This document shows, piece by piece, positions 10,279 through 19,375 of a stretch of 55,050 bases of DNA. Where the stretch lies: NCBI GenBank assembly GCA_964345805.1, contig CAYFSK010000001.1:1-55050 (forward strand), given 5' to 3'. Position numbers and translations under genes: made by a program. Position 1 is the first letter of the stretch; the number at the start of each line of letters is the position of its first letter. The notes under the pieces are model-generated. The model saw only the letters and a program-made list of their open reading frames with translations. It made no database searches and was not told where the DNA came from. The DNA comes from an uncultured Mycoplasma sp. (GTDB taxonomy: Bacteria; Bacillota_I; Bacilli_A; RF39; UBA660).

Positions 10279-12351
10279 TTATTTTACGCTATTTTTCTTT
10301 ATGATTTCTTCTGAAATCGATTTTGGAACTTCTTCATAATGATCCATGAACATAGTAAATGTACCACGTCCTTGTGAATTGCTTCTTAAAGAAGTAGCGT
10401 ATCCAAACATTTCTGCAAGGGGAACCATTGCTGTAATTTGCAGTGCATTTCCTCTTGATTCATTACCCATTGGTTTTCCTCTTCTACTAGTAAGCTCTCC
10501 CATAACGTTTCCTAAATATTCTTCAGGAACAACTACGTCAACCTTCATAATAGGTTCAAGTAAAACAGGTTTACATTTTTTAGCAGCTTCCTTTAAAGCA
10601 AGTGAAGCAGCAATCTTAAATGCCATTTCTGATGAGTCAACATCATGATATGAACCATCATGAAGTGTAGCTTTAACATCAACTACTGGATATCCAGCAA
10701 TCATACCACCAGCCATAGCTTCTTGCAATCCTTTATCAGTTACCGGAATATATTCACGTGGAACAACTCCACCAACAACTGCATCAACAAATTCATATCC
10801 TTTACCAGTATTAGGTTCGAAGTTAACCCATACATGACCATATTGTCCACGACCACCAGATTGTTTAATATATTTACCTTCACAATCACCAGCCAGTGTA
10901 ATAGTTTCACGATAAGCAACTTGTGGTTTACCTACATTACAATCAACAGTAAACTCTCTTCTCATTCTTTCAACAAGAACTTCTAAGTGTAATTCACCCA
11001 TTCCTGATATAACTGTTTGACCAGTTTCAGAATCAGTATGATATTTAAATGATGGATCTTCTCCAGCAAGTTTAGCAAGTGCAACTGCCATCTTATCTTG
11101 GTCAGCTTTACTTTTTGGTTCAATAGCCATATCGATAACTGGATCTGGTATTTCCATTCCTTTTAATAATACAGCATTTTTCTCATCACATATTGTATCA
11201 TTTGTAGTTGTATCTTTAAGTCCAACTGCAGCAGCTATTTCTCCTGCATATACACAGTCAACTTCTTTTCTTTGGTTAGCATGCATTTGCAGTATTCTAC
11301 CAATTCTTTCTTTTGTACCTTTTGTTGCATTAAGGACATAACTTCCAGATTCAAGTTTACCAGAGTAAACTCTAAAGAATGTTAATGTTCCAACAAAAGG
11401 ATCAGTCATAACTTTAAAAGCAAGGGCGCAGAATGGTTCATTATCATCTGCTTTTCTTAATACATCATTTCCTTTTAAATCAACACAAACCGCATCATCA
11501 ATATCAATTGGGCTTGGAAGATAATCAAGTACTGCATCAAGAGCAAATTTAATACCAATATTTGCCTTAGCAGAACCAGGCATTACTGGGAAAAACTCAA
11601 CAGCTAAAGTTCCTTTTCTAATTGCCTTTTTAATAAGATCAATTGGAAGGTCTTCACCATTTAAATATTTTTCCATTAATTCATCATCAAAATCGGCTGC
11701 TGCCTCGATTAGTTCAATTCTTTTAGCTTCAACTAAATCTTTTAAATCAGCAGGAATTTCAATTTCTGTTGCTGTTTCATCAGGATCACCTTTAAATTCA
11801 TAAGCCTTTAAAGTAAGTAAATCTACATATCCTTTAAAACTTGCTTCAGCGCCAATAGGCCAAGCTATTGCTTTAGCATTAACTCCTAATCTTTTTTCTA
11901 TAGTACCTAAACTATATTCAAAATCTGCACCCATCTTATCCATTTTGTTTGCAAAAAGCATTCTTGGTACTTTAAATTCTGTTGCTTGTCTCCAAACAGT
12001 TTCTGTTTGTGGTTCAACACCATTTTGAGCATCAATTACTGTAACAGCACCATCAAGTACTCTAAGTGATCTTTCAACTTCAATAGTAAAATCTACGTGC
12101 CCTGGGGTATCAATTATATTAAGTCGATATTCTTTCCAGTGTGCAGTAGTTGCAGCTGAGGTAATTGTAATACCTCTTTCTTTTTCTTGGTCCATCCAGT
12201 CCATTTGTGGAGCCCCATCATGAGTCTCACCAATTTTATGGATTTTACCAGTATGATATAAAACTCTTTCTGTAAATGTTGTTTTACCAGCATCTATATG
12301 AGCCATTATACCTATATTTCTAGTTTTATCTAGTGATACATCTCTTGCCAT
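10279..12351 (-). CDS. fusA: Elongation factor G
   Basis: [17 protein letters not shown] and NKMD motifs. Start set at [12 protein letters not shown] (ATG 12351), which matches the conserved EF-G N-terminus. The track start at 12363 would overlap the rpsG stop. Confidence 0.95.
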   Translation of the reverse strand: MARDVSLDKTRNIGIMAHIDAGKTTFTERVLYHTGKIHKIGETHDGAPQMDWMDQEKERGITITSAATTAHWKEYRLNIIDTPGHVDFTIEVERSLRVLDGAVTVIDAQNGVEPQTETVWRQATEFKVPRMLFANKMDKMGADFEYSLGTIEKRLGVNAKAIAWPIGAEASFKGYVDLLTLKAYEFKGDPDETATEIEIPADLKDLVEAKRIELIEAAADFDDELMEKYLNGEDLPIDLIKKAIRKGTLAVEFFPVMPGSAKANIGIKFALDAVLDYLPSPIDIDDAVCVDLKGNDVLRKADDNEPFCALAFKVMTDPFVGTLTFFRVYSGKLESGSYVLNATKGTKERIGRILQMHANQRKEVDCVYAGEIAAAVGLKDTTTNDTICDEKNAVLLKGMEIPDPVIDMAIEPKSKADQDKMAVALAKLAGEDPSFKYHTDSETGQTVISGMGELHLEVLVERMRREFTVDCNVGKPQVAYRETITLAGDCEGKYIKQSGGRGQYGHVWVNFEPNTGKGYEFVDAVVGGVVPREYIPVTDKGLQEAMAGGMIAGYPVVDVKATLHDGSYHDVDSSEMAFKIAASLALKEAAKKCKPVLLEPIMKVDVVVPEEYLGNVMGELTSRRGKPMGNESRGNALQITAMVPLAEMFGYATSLRSNSQGRGTFTMFMDHYEEVPKSISEEIIKKNSVK

Positions 12352-12356
12352 AATAA

Positions 12357-12824
12357 TTACCATCTATAGTGAGCAAAGGCTTTATTTGCTTCAGCCATTT
12401 TGTGTGTGTCTTCTCTTTTCTTAACAGCACCACCAACGCCTTTAGCAGCATCCATTATCTCATTAGCTAAATTAATAGCCATTCCCTTTCCGTTTCTAAG
12501 TTTAGCATATCTAACAAGCCAACGAAGTGCTAATGCTTGACTTCTTTCTTCAGAAACTTCGATTGGTACTTGGTAATTGCTACCACCAACACGACGAGAT
12601 TTAACTTCTAGTGCAGGCTTAATATTTTCTAATGCTTCGTTATATACTTCATTAGGATCTTTTTTTGTTTGTTTTTCTATAATTTTAAAAGCTTCATATA
12701 AAATTGATTGAGCTGTACCTTTTTTACCATCAACCATAATTGTATTAATTAATTTAGTAACAATTTTTGAGTTATAAACTGGGTCAAGAAGTACATCTCT
12801 TTTAACTGCTCTTTTCTTACGCAT
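12357..12824 (-). CDS. rpsG: 30S ribosomal protein S7
   Basis: 155 aa with a typical S7 sequence ending AHYRW. Confidence 0.95.
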   Translation of the reverse strand: MRKKRAVKRDVLLDPVYNSKIVTKLINTIMVDGKKGTAQSILYEAFKIIEKQTKKDPNEVYNEALENIKPALEVKSRRVGGSNYQVPIEVSEERSQALALRWLVRYAKLRNGKGMAINLANEIMDAAKGVGGAVKKREDTHKMAEANKAFAHYRW

Positions 12825-12850
12825 ATTATTTCCTCCTTCTTTAATATTAT

Positions 12851-13270
12851 TTATTTCTTACTAGTTTGTTTTTTAGTTCCGTATTTACTTCTTCCTTGTT
12901 TACGATCAGTAACGCCTTGAGTATCAAGTGTACCTCTTACAATATGGTAACGAACACCGATTAGGTCTTTAACACGACCACCACGAACAAGAACAACACT
13001 GTGCTCTTGAAGGTTATGTCCTTCACCAGGAATATAAGCATCAATTTCTTTACCGTTAGATAATCTAACACGAGCATATTTTCTTAAAGCTGAGTTTGGT
13101 TTTTTAGGTGTCTTAGTTCCTACTCTAGTACAAACTCCTCTTTTTTGTGGACTATCCGAACTAGTTTGTTTTCTTTTAATTGTATTAAAACCAATATTTA
13201 ATACTGGACTTTTACTTTTTCTAGTTTTACTACCACGTCTTTTCTTTACTAATTGATTAATTGTTGGCAT
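12851..13270 (-). CDS. rpsL: 30S ribosomal protein S12
   Basis: Start set at MPTINQL (ATG 13270), preceded by [18 protein letters not shown] and TPKKPNSA motifs present. Note KDLIGVRYH instead of the usual KDLPGVRYH. Confidence 0.95.
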   Translation of the reverse strand: MPTINQLVKKRRGSKTRKSKSPVLNIGFNTIKRKQTSSDSPQKRGVCTRVGTKTPKKPNSALRKYARVRLSNGKEIDAYIPGEGHNLQEHSVVLVRGGRVKDLIGVRYHIVRGTLDTQGVTDRKQGRSKYGTKKQTSKK

Positions 13271-13365
13271 TAAATCTCCTCCTTCCATTAACACACAACC
13301 AGGTGTATCAAAATTTTCATTAAATAAGGTTCATTTGTTGATTGAACCTAATTAAAAACATAATT

Positions 13366-13394
13366 AATATATCAATAATTATAATCTTTGTCAA
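13366..13394 (-). promoter_or_regulatory. Sigma-A-type promoter upstream of rpsL-rpsG-fusA-tuf
   Basis: TTGACA (13394..13389) - N17 - TATATT (13371..13366) on the minus strand. A 7-bp hairpin AGGTTCA/TGAACCT (13327..13349) lies in the leader. Confidence 0.5.
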
Positions 13395-13397
13395 TGA

Positions 13398-13769
13398 TTA
13401 ATTTATATATTTATCATCAAAATTCTTTGTTTTATATTCATTACATTTTATATATGGATCATAAGTATCATTTTTTATAAGTACATAACCTTTACAGTAC
13501 TCTCCCCTTGAATCAATAAATGATGTTAATAAATTGTTATCTTCTAAAACCTCTGATGTTATTACATTATTTTCTCCATACATATTAACATATTTAATAG
13601 CAGCTTTCTCTATTTTTTCTTCTAATTCTTTGTATACTGGTTTTGATACTTCTGAAACACCACTATAAAAAGATATTATATAAAAAGTTGCCACAAGCAA
13701 ACAAAAAAGTAATATTCCACTTAAGATAATTTCCTCTTTTAAACTCCAACCACGATTATTTAATTTCAT
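13398..13769 (-). CDS. Small membrane-anchored protein with a prepilin-like N-terminus
   Basis: 123 aa. Short basic leader MKLNNRG, then WSLKE with Glu at +5, then ~20 hydrophobic residues (class III signal-peptide layout). C-terminal ~80 aa has two Cys. Confidence 0.4.
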   Translation of the reverse strand: MKLNNRGWSLKEEIILSGILLFCLLVATFYIISFYSGVSEVSKPVYKELEEKIEKAAIKYVNMYGENNVITSEVLEDNNLLTSFIDSRGEYCKGYVLIKNDTYDPYIKCNEYKTKNFDDKYIN

Positions 13770-13775
13770 ATTCTA

Positions 13776-14081
13776 CTACTTTTTATAACCTCTCTTAAAT
13801 TCTTGAAAAAATAAAACTAATTCTCTTGCTGACATGTGATCATCTTCAGTATAATAATATTCTTTATATTTATATCCAAGACCATAACATTTTTTTGCAT
13901 ATTCATCATCATCTTCAACATCTTTTACCATTGGTGTACAAAGAAGTGGTCTTTTATCGTTTTTAACTCTACTGTATTCAACCATTAAAAGAACAAACCA
14001 TAATAAGAAAACTATGGCAAGAATAGTTAAAAATATTTTCACTTTCTTTCTTCTTTTAACTTTTTTATCTTCATTATCCAT
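13776..14081 (-). CDS. Small single-pass membrane protein, unknown function
   Basis: 101 aa with a Lys/Arg-rich N-terminus, one TM helix and an acidic/Tyr-rich ectodomain with two Cys. GGAG SD 8 nt upstream of the ATG. Confidence 0.5.
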   Translation of the reverse strand: MDNEDKKVKRRKKVKIFLTILAIVFLLWFVLLMVEYSRVKNDKRPLLCTPMVKDVEDDDEYAKKCYGLGYKYKEYYYTEDDHMSARELVLFFQEFKRGYKK

Positions 14082-14099
14082 GCTATCAACTCCATCTTA

Positions 14100-14128
14100 A
14101 GTATAAAAGAAATTTTACTATTTTTCAA
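14100..14128 (-). promoter_or_regulatory. Sigma-A-type promoter for the two small membrane-protein genes
   Basis: TTGAAA (14128..14123) - N17 - TATACT (14105..14100) on the minus strand, immediately downstream of the rplL terminator. Confidence 0.5.
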
Positions 14129-14134
14129 GAACAA

Positions 14135-14157
14135 TAAAAAACCCACATAAGTGGGCT
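14135..14157 (-). terminator. Intrinsic terminator of rplL
   Basis: On the minus strand AGCCCAC-TTAT-GTGGGT is followed by TTTTTTATTG. Confidence 0.7.
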
Positions 14158-14163
14158 ATTATT

Positions 14164-14535
14164 TTATGCTAATTCTATTTCAGCACCAGCTTCAGTTAGT
14201 TGCTTCTTAATTTCTTCAGCTTCTGCAGCAGGAATGTTTTCTTTAACATTTCCACCATTATCAGCTAAACCTTTAGCTTCAACTAATCCTAAACCAGTAA
14301 TTTCTTTAAGAAGTTTGATAACTGCAACTTTAGAACCGCCTGCATTTTTAAGAACAACTGTCTTATTAGCATTTGCAGCTTCTTCAGCTCCACCAGTAGC
14401 TGGAGCAGCAGCTACAGCAACAGCGCTTGGATCAACACCAAACTCTTCTTTCATTGCATCAACTAATTCTTTTACTTCAAGAATAGTCATTTCCTTTAAT
14501 GCTTTAATAAAATCATCTTTAGTTATTTTTGCCAT
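14164..14535 (-). CDS. rplL: 50S ribosomal protein L7/L12
   Basis: 123 aa with an Ala-rich hinge and a conserved C-terminal domain (LVEAKGLAD...). Confidence 0.95.
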   Translation of the reverse strand: MAKITKDDFIKALKEMTILEVKELVDAMKEEFGVDPSAVAVAAAPATGGAEEAANANKTVVLKNAGGSKVAVIKLLKEITGLGLVEAKGLADNGGNVKENIPAAEAEEIKKQLTEAGAEIELA

Positions 14536-14537
14536 AA

Positions 14538-15035
14538 TTATTTTTCTCCTTCCATTTTTTCGGCATAAAGATTAAGTGCTATACTTAAATCTCTTACGTA
14601 TTGAATCATTCCACTTGCTAACATAGTTAATAAACCTTCTCTTGATGGGATAGATGCATACTTTGCAATTTCTTCTTTATCAGCAACAGAACCATTTAAT
14701 ATTCCAACACGAATATCCATTTTGTCATGTTCTTTTGCATAATCAGAAATTATTTTAATTGGTTCAAGTAATTCTTTACCAAATAAAATTGCATTAGGAC
14801 CATCTAAGAAAGTATCAATATCAATTTTTAAATCATCACAAGCTAGTTTTAATAAAGTGTTTTTATAAACTTTTACTTCTGATGAAACTGCTTTTAACTT
14901 CGTTCTAAGTTCAGTAAGCTGTCCAACAGTTAAACCTTGATATTGAAATAAAATAACTGATTCATTATTTTTAATTTTATCTTTTATTTCATTAACTATT
15001 TGTTTCTTTTGTTCTAGAATTTTCTCACTTGCCAT
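14538..15035 (-). CDS. rplJ: 50S ribosomal protein L10
   Basis: Start set at MASEKILEQKK (ATG 15035) with AAGGA upstream. The longer track ORF reads through the leader hairpin. Confidence 0.9.
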   Translation of the reverse strand: MASEKILEQKKQIVNEIKDKIKNNESVILFQYQGLTVGQLTELRTKLKAVSSEVKVYKNTLLKLACDDLKIDIDTFLDGPNAILFGKELLEPIKIISDYAKEHDKMDIRVGILNGSVADKEEIAKYASIPSREGLLTMLASGMIQYVRDLSIALNLYAEKMEGEK

Positions 15036-15190
15036 ATCTTTTTCCTTTCTTTTTATTTTAAAAAAAGCTTCCCAAAGGGAAACTTTTATCATTTTAAAAT
15101 GAATACTTCCCCTCGGTAGGATAATTAAGCTTTTGCCCCTACTGTCTTTGGTTCTTGCTTTTTCTAATTTGTATTATATTATAGTTTATC
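15036..15190 (-). promoter_or_regulatory. Candidate ribosomal protein L10 leader with terminator/attenuator hairpin
   Basis: A 155-nt rplA-rplJ spacer, more GC-rich than its surroundings, with GTAGG...CCTAC pairing. A 9-bp hairpin AAGTTTCCC-TTT-GGGAAGCTT plus a T-run lies at 15057..15085. Its G-U pair is valid only on the minus strand. Confidence 0.5.
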
Positions 15191-15889
15191 TTAAATGTCA
15201 AAACTATTTTTATCAACCTTAATACCAGGACCCATCGTAGATGAAATTGTTATTGTAGCTATTAGATCACCTTTTACAGTATTGGGTTTGTTTTTATTAA
15301 TTGTAGAAACAATATAACTTAAGTTTTCTGCTAATGCTTTTTCAGTAAATGATACTTTTCCAAGTATAGTGTGAATGATACCAAATTCATCAGTACGATA
15401 TTCAATCATACCTTTTTTAATATCATTAATAACACCTTCTACTTTTGGAGTAACAGTTCCAGTTTTAGGATTAGGCATTAATCCTCTTGGTCCTAAAATA
15501 GTTCCTATTTTTCCAACTTCAGGCATCATATCTGGAGTAGCAACTATAATGTCAAAATCAAGCCAGTTTTCAGTTTTAATTTTATCAATTAAATCTTTAT
15601 CACCAACATAATCAGCTTTTAATTTCTTAGCAATTTCTGCTTGTTCACCTTTAGCAAGAACTAATATTCTTTTAGTCTTACCACTTCCGTTTGGAAGAAG
15701 TAGTGAACCACGAAGATTTTGATCTGATTTTTTTGGATCAACATTTAGTCTTAAAGCAACATCAATAGTACCATCAAATTTAGTAATTGATGTTTCTTTA
15801 ACTAATTTAACTGCATCTTCAACATTATAATGTTTAGTCTTATCAACTTTACTAGATGCTTCCACATATTTTTTTCCAGTTTTCTTCAT
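15191..15889 (-). CDS. rplA: 50S ribosomal protein L1
   Basis: 232 aa with a typical L1 sequence. Confidence 0.95.
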   Translation of the reverse strand: MKKTGKKYVEASSKVDKTKHYNVEDAVKLVKETSITKFDGTIDVALRLNVDPKKSDQNLRGSLLLPNGSGKTKRILVLAKGEQAEIAKKLKADYVGDKDLIDKIKTENWLDFDIIVATPDMMPEVGKIGTILGPRGLMPNPKTGTVTPKVEGVINDIKKGMIEYRTDEFGIIHTILGKVSFTEKALAENLSYIVSTINKNKPNTVKGDLIATITISSTMGPGIKVDKNSFDI

Positions 15890-15940
15890 ATTTCCTCCTA
15901 ATTGTGGTTTATTAGCGGATAAAAAATTTTATTTATTTTT

Positions 15941-16567
15941 TTATTCTTGATTTTCTTTTTCTTCGGTTTCTTCTTCTGCTGCTTCAGTTTCTTCTTCATC
16001 AACTTCAGGAACATCAAAAGATGTAGCCTCAGCCAGTGCTTTAGCATCTGCTTCTAGTTCTGCAAGTTCTTCTTCACGTTTTGCAGCTGCTGCAGCTTCC
16101 TTCTTAGCTTCTTCAGCTTGAGCTTGAAGTTCTTCATCATTTAATCCCTTAACAGCAATACCCATGTTACGAGCAGTTCCAGCAACAATTTGCATAGCAC
16201 CTTCTACATCATAAGCATTTAAATCAGGTAATTTAATTTCAGCAATTTTTCTTAAATCATCTTGTGAAATGGATGCTGCTATTTCATTAGCACCTTTAGA
16301 GCTAGCTTTTTTAAGACCAGCAGCCTTCTTAAGTAAAAATGCTGCAGGTGGAGTCTTTAGTACAAAGTCAAAACTACGATCATCATATATAGTAATTTCA
16401 CAAGGTACAACATCTCCCATTTTGTCTCTAGATGCTTCATTAAATTTGGTACAAAATTCTTGTAAATTGATACCTGCTGGGCCAAGAACAGTTCCTACTG
16501 GAGGAGCTGGTGTTGCTTTGCCGGCTTCAATTTGTAATTTTATTTTCTTTACGATTTCTTTAGCCAT
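15941..16567 (-). CDS. rplK: 50S ribosomal protein L11 with a 67-aa acidic C-terminal extension
   Basis: Start set at MAKEIVKKIKLQ (ATG 16567) with AGGAGGTG upstream. The L11 core (PPVGTVLGP, GTARNMGI) ends near residue 141. An Ala/Glu-rich tail follows to residue 208. Confidence 0.9.
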   Translation of the reverse strand: MAKEIVKKIKLQIEAGKATPAPPVGTVLGPAGINLQEFCTKFNEASRDKMGDVVPCEITIYDDRSFDFVLKTPPAAFLLKKAAGLKKASSKGANEIAASISQDDLRKIAEIKLPDLNAYDVEGAMQIVAGTARNMGIAVKGLNDEELQAQAEEAKKEAAAAAKREEELAELEADAKALAEATSFDVPEVDEEETEAAEEETEEKENQE

Positions 16568-16597
16568 GAAAACACCTCCTATAAATATTTTACATGT

Positions 16598-16631
16598 AAG
16601 TGGTATGGGCATCCGCTTTTCCCCTCCACTT
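16598..16631 (-). promoter_or_regulatory. GC-rich stem-loop in the rplK 5' leader (possible L1 autoregulatory site)
   Basis: AAGTGG...CCACTT stem enclosing GGG...CCC, 30 nt upstream of the rplK start. Assignment to L1 binding is by position only. Confidence 0.3.
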
Positions 16632-16785
16632 GAGCAATTAAATTGCACTATTCATACTACCATATAATAAGTATTTATACAAGTAAAAATGTTTAATATA
16701 CATGAATATTTAAAGTGTTAATATAGTGTTTTTTTGTTGATTATCTTAATAAATAATGATATTCTTATATTGAGGATAGGTAAAT

Positions 16786-17790
16786 ATGGGAAAGTTTTTT
16801 AATACAAAAATATCAAAAGATAGATCAACATTAGTAAAATACGGATTAATTGGCGCTGGTGTTCTTCTTTTTTTGATAATAATTATTGCTCTTTCAAATA
16901 GGGCACCAAGTCAAAAATTAGAGGTTTTTAAAAGCGTTGAGGATATTGAGGTAAGCGAAAATGCTGAGAATTATCCAGAATATGATGACATAATAAAAAG
17001 TTATGGTAAAGCTAAAAAAGAAGATATTACTGTTGATTATTCTGAACTTGATACATCGGCTATTGGTGAATATACAATATATGTTACATATAAAAAAGCT
17101 AAATATGAAGTTAGTGCTGCAGTAGTAGATACTACTCCGCCTGAGGCAACAGTTGTTGAAAGACTTGTGCCTAAAGAAAACAATTCATATGCTCTTCAGG
17201 ATTTTATACTAGAATGTAAAGATAATAATCCTGAGGAAGAAGAATGTATATATAAGTTTAATAAAGAAGATATATATACTGAAAAAGGCGAATATGAATA
17301 TAAACTACAAATATGTGATAGCGCTGATAACTGTACTGAAGAACAAGTTGTAATCGTAGAAATTGGTAGTGCTTGTCTATATGGCGGTTTAACTTATGAT
17401 CAAACTAAAAACAAATATCCACTTGCTGTTATAGTTGGCGATGTTGATACAAATTGTGCTGCTGATAAAAAGCTATGGCAAAGTCCTGAATTCTTAGATA
17501 AAGTAAATGACCTTTATTCTAAAGACTTAAAGTTATTACAATTACAATTAACACCAATTACAAAAGATAAATTCCCTGGTGGAGCTATAACAAAAGCTTA
17601 TCCAGTATTTATAACAATATATAATACTGATGGAATTGGTTTAGTAGGATATGCTATCAGAGTAAAAGTTTATGCAAGAGAACAAGGTTATGCTGGTAAA
17701 CTTGATATTGATGAAAACTTAATTGTTTCATACTCACTAAATGCTGATGGCAGTAGAAATTATGAATATGATGCTTACGGCATAGAATAA
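16786..17790 (+). CDS. Membrane-anchored extracytoplasmic protein, unknown function
   Basis: 334 aa with an N-terminal TM anchor, an Ig-like-looking segment (VVDTTPPEATVV) and a Cys-rich middle part. Confidence 0.5.
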   Translation: MGKFFNTKISKDRSTLVKYGLIGAGVLLFLIIIIALSNRAPSQKLEVFKSVEDIEVSENAENYPEYDDIIKSYGKAKKEDITVDYSELDTSAIGEYTIYVTYKKAKYEVSAAVVDTTPPEATVVERLVPKENNSYALQDFILECKDNNPEEEECIYKFNKEDIYTEKGEYEYKLQICDSADNCTEEQVVIVEIGSACLYGGLTYDQTKNKYPLAVIVGDVDTNCAADKKLWQSPEFLDKVNDLYSKDLKLLQLQLTPITKDKFPGGAITKAYPVFITIYNTDGIGLVGYAIRVKVYAREQGYAGKLDIDENLIVSYSLNADGSRNYEYDAYGIE

Positions 17791-17797
17791 AAATTTA

Positions 17798-17826
17798 AAA
17801 GGGATATTAAAAATATCTCTTTTATT
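17798..17826 (+). terminator. Intrinsic terminator
   Basis: GGGATAT/ATATCTC stem (one G-U pair, valid on the plus strand) followed by TTTTATT. Confidence 0.55.
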
Positions 17827-17859
17827 ATGCTATAATATGATTAATAATATGGAGAAGAT

Positions 17860-18702
17860 ATGAAACAAAAAAATAAATTATTACCTATTATAGTATTACT
17901 AATATTAACTATAACATTAACTGGTTGTAAAAATGATATTCAAAATAATGATAAAGTATCTGGTAAATTTTTATCAATTGATGACTTTAAATGGAAAACT
18001 AAAAAAAGTAAATGTTCCGGTAAAGATTGTTACGTTTTTGAAATAACTAACAATTCAAATTATGATGTGCTTGGAGTTGTTTTTTACTACAAAGTAAAAC
18101 CAGATACATCTGAAGAAGATTTAGAATTATTTGATGAATTTATGAATTATCATTATGGTTATATTGAAGAAGATGATTCTCCTTATGATGTAAATTTAAA
18201 ATGTAGTAAAGATATACTTATTAGTAAAGGTAAAAAAATATCTAACTTAGTATTTACTCTAGGTTTTGATTATTGGTCATGGTTTGAATATCCTAGTGAA
18301 GAACAATTTGATTTAATGGAACCTAAAGAATTACAAGTTGGAATTGTTGATGATAATAAATTTTATGTTGCTTATTATGATTTTAAAACTAAGAAATGGA
18401 AATATGATAAAAGCAAACTTGATGTAAATATATGGCCAAAATCAAGTATAGCTAAAAAAATAGATCAACCAGTAAGTAAACATACTTTGATTACTGATAA
18501 TAAAGAAGATGAATTTAGTTTTTATGCTTATGATGTTACAAAAGATGAATTTAAAAACTATTATGAAAAAATTAAAGCAAAAGGATTTAATGGTAATAAT
18601 TCATTATCTTCCTATACAGGAAAATCATCAGATGGTTATGAAATTAACATTTGGTACTATGAAGATACAAAAGTCTTACATGTTAACTTAATAAAAGAAT
18701 AA
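17860..18702 (+). CDS. Lipoprotein, unknown function
   Basis: 280 aa with signal peptide and lipobox LTGC (MKQKNKLLPIIVLLILTITLTGC). Confidence 0.6.
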   Translation: MKQKNKLLPIIVLLILTITLTGCKNDIQNNDKVSGKFLSIDDFKWKTKKSKCSGKDCYVFEITNNSNYDVLGVVFYYKVKPDTSEEDLELFDEFMNYHYGYIEEDDSPYDVNLKCSKDILISKGKKISNLVFTLGFDYWSWFEYPSEEQFDLMEPKELQVGIVDDNKFYVAYYDFKTKKWKYDKSKLDVNIWPKSSIAKKIDQPVSKHTLITDNKEDEFSFYAYDVTKDEFKNYYEKIKAKGFNGNNSLSSYTGKSSDGYEINIWYYEDTKVLHVNLIKE

Positions 18703-18712
18703 AAAAAAGATA

Positions 18713-19273
18713 TTAATTATCTTTTTTATTGAGCAAATCTTTATATATATTTACCATTCTAACCATTATTGACTGTTCATCTAGTTTTATTTGATTAGTT
18801 GCTATTAAAGTTGCAAGTCCATTTGCATAAAGCCACATATGTAAGAATAACTCTCTTGCTTCTGCAAAACTAAATCCTTGCTTATTAACTAAATTAATAA
18901 TAGTTGATTGATTCCACTTTTCATCAAATACATCTTCTATCTTTTGCCATTTTAGATTATTTGATAAAAATAAACTAATAAATAGATTTTTGTAATCGTT
19001 AGCAAATTCAACATATGATATACATAAAGTTAATAATGCTTTTTTATTATCAATTCTACTTGTAAGAAACTCATCATATTGACGACTTATTTCAAGTAAT
19101 ATATCTTCCTTTATTTCATCCATATTATTATAGATTCGATATAATGGTTTTGTACTAATACCAATTTGTTTAGCAAGACTTCTTGCATTAAGTGCTTGCC
19201 AACCTTCTTTATCAATAAGTTTAACTCCAGATTTAACAATTATTTCCTTTGTTATATCCAATTTTTTTACCAT
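18713..19273 (-). CDS. TetR/AcrR-family transcriptional regulator
   Basis: 186 aa with an N-terminal HTH (ARSLAKQIGISTKPLYRIYNN) and a helical C-terminal ligand domain. Confidence 0.8.
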   Translation of the reverse strand: MVKKLDITKEIIVKSGVKLIDKEGWQALNARSLAKQIGISTKPLYRIYNNMDEIKEDILLEISRQYDEFLTSRIDNKKALLTLCISYVEFANDYKNLFISLFLSNNLKWQKIEDVFDEKWNQSTIINLVNKQGFSFAEARELFLHMWLYANGLATLIATNQIKLDEQSIMVRMVNIYKDLLNKKDN

Positions 19274-19294
19274 ATAACACCATCCCCTTGCTTT

Positions 19295-19314
19295 ATGATA
19301 ACTTATGTTATCAT
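19295..19314. promoter_or_regulatory. Candidate TetR operator palindrome
   Basis: Perfect inverted repeat ATGATAAC-TTAT-GTTATCAT in the divergent TetR/macro intergenic region. Confidence 0.35.
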
Positions 19315-19375
19315 TATATCATAATAGTTGTTTTTGTCAAAGTTTTTTTATGATAAAATATATATAGGTGATAAG

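Noticed and set aside
9033-12351. tuf and fusA are visibly more GC-rich than their neighbours. In addition, the EF-Tu segment [22 protein letters not shown] is shorter than the Bacillus-type loop and, from memory, resembles alphaproteobacterial EF-Tu. This raised the question of horizontal acquisition.
   Set aside because: Elevated GC in highly expressed, highly conserved translation genes is normal in AT-rich genomes. The genes sit in canonical rpsL-rpsG-fusA-tuf order with native-looking signals, and the rest of EF-Tu looks Bacillota-like. Only a tuf phylogeny could reopen this.
5241-16667. Track ORFs of 60-132 aa inside nifJ, eno, tuf, fusA, rplL, rplA and rplK: antisense ones at 5241..5438, 6432..6614, 6763..7032, 9025..9228, 9469..9801, 10017..10208, 10346..10648, 10660..10986, 14234..14575, 15375..15611 and 16269..16667, plus one same-strand alternative-frame ORF inside tuf at 9977..10186
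   Set aside because: These are shadow ORFs lying entirely inside strongly conserved genes. They have low-complexity Ser/Pro/Leu/Phe-rich products, no SD and no independent support.
18509-18691. 60-aa same-strand alternative-frame ORF inside the lipoprotein gene
   Set aside because: It lies fully within the 280-aa ORF. The product is Met/Lys/Leu-rich with no SD, so it is most simply a frame artefact.
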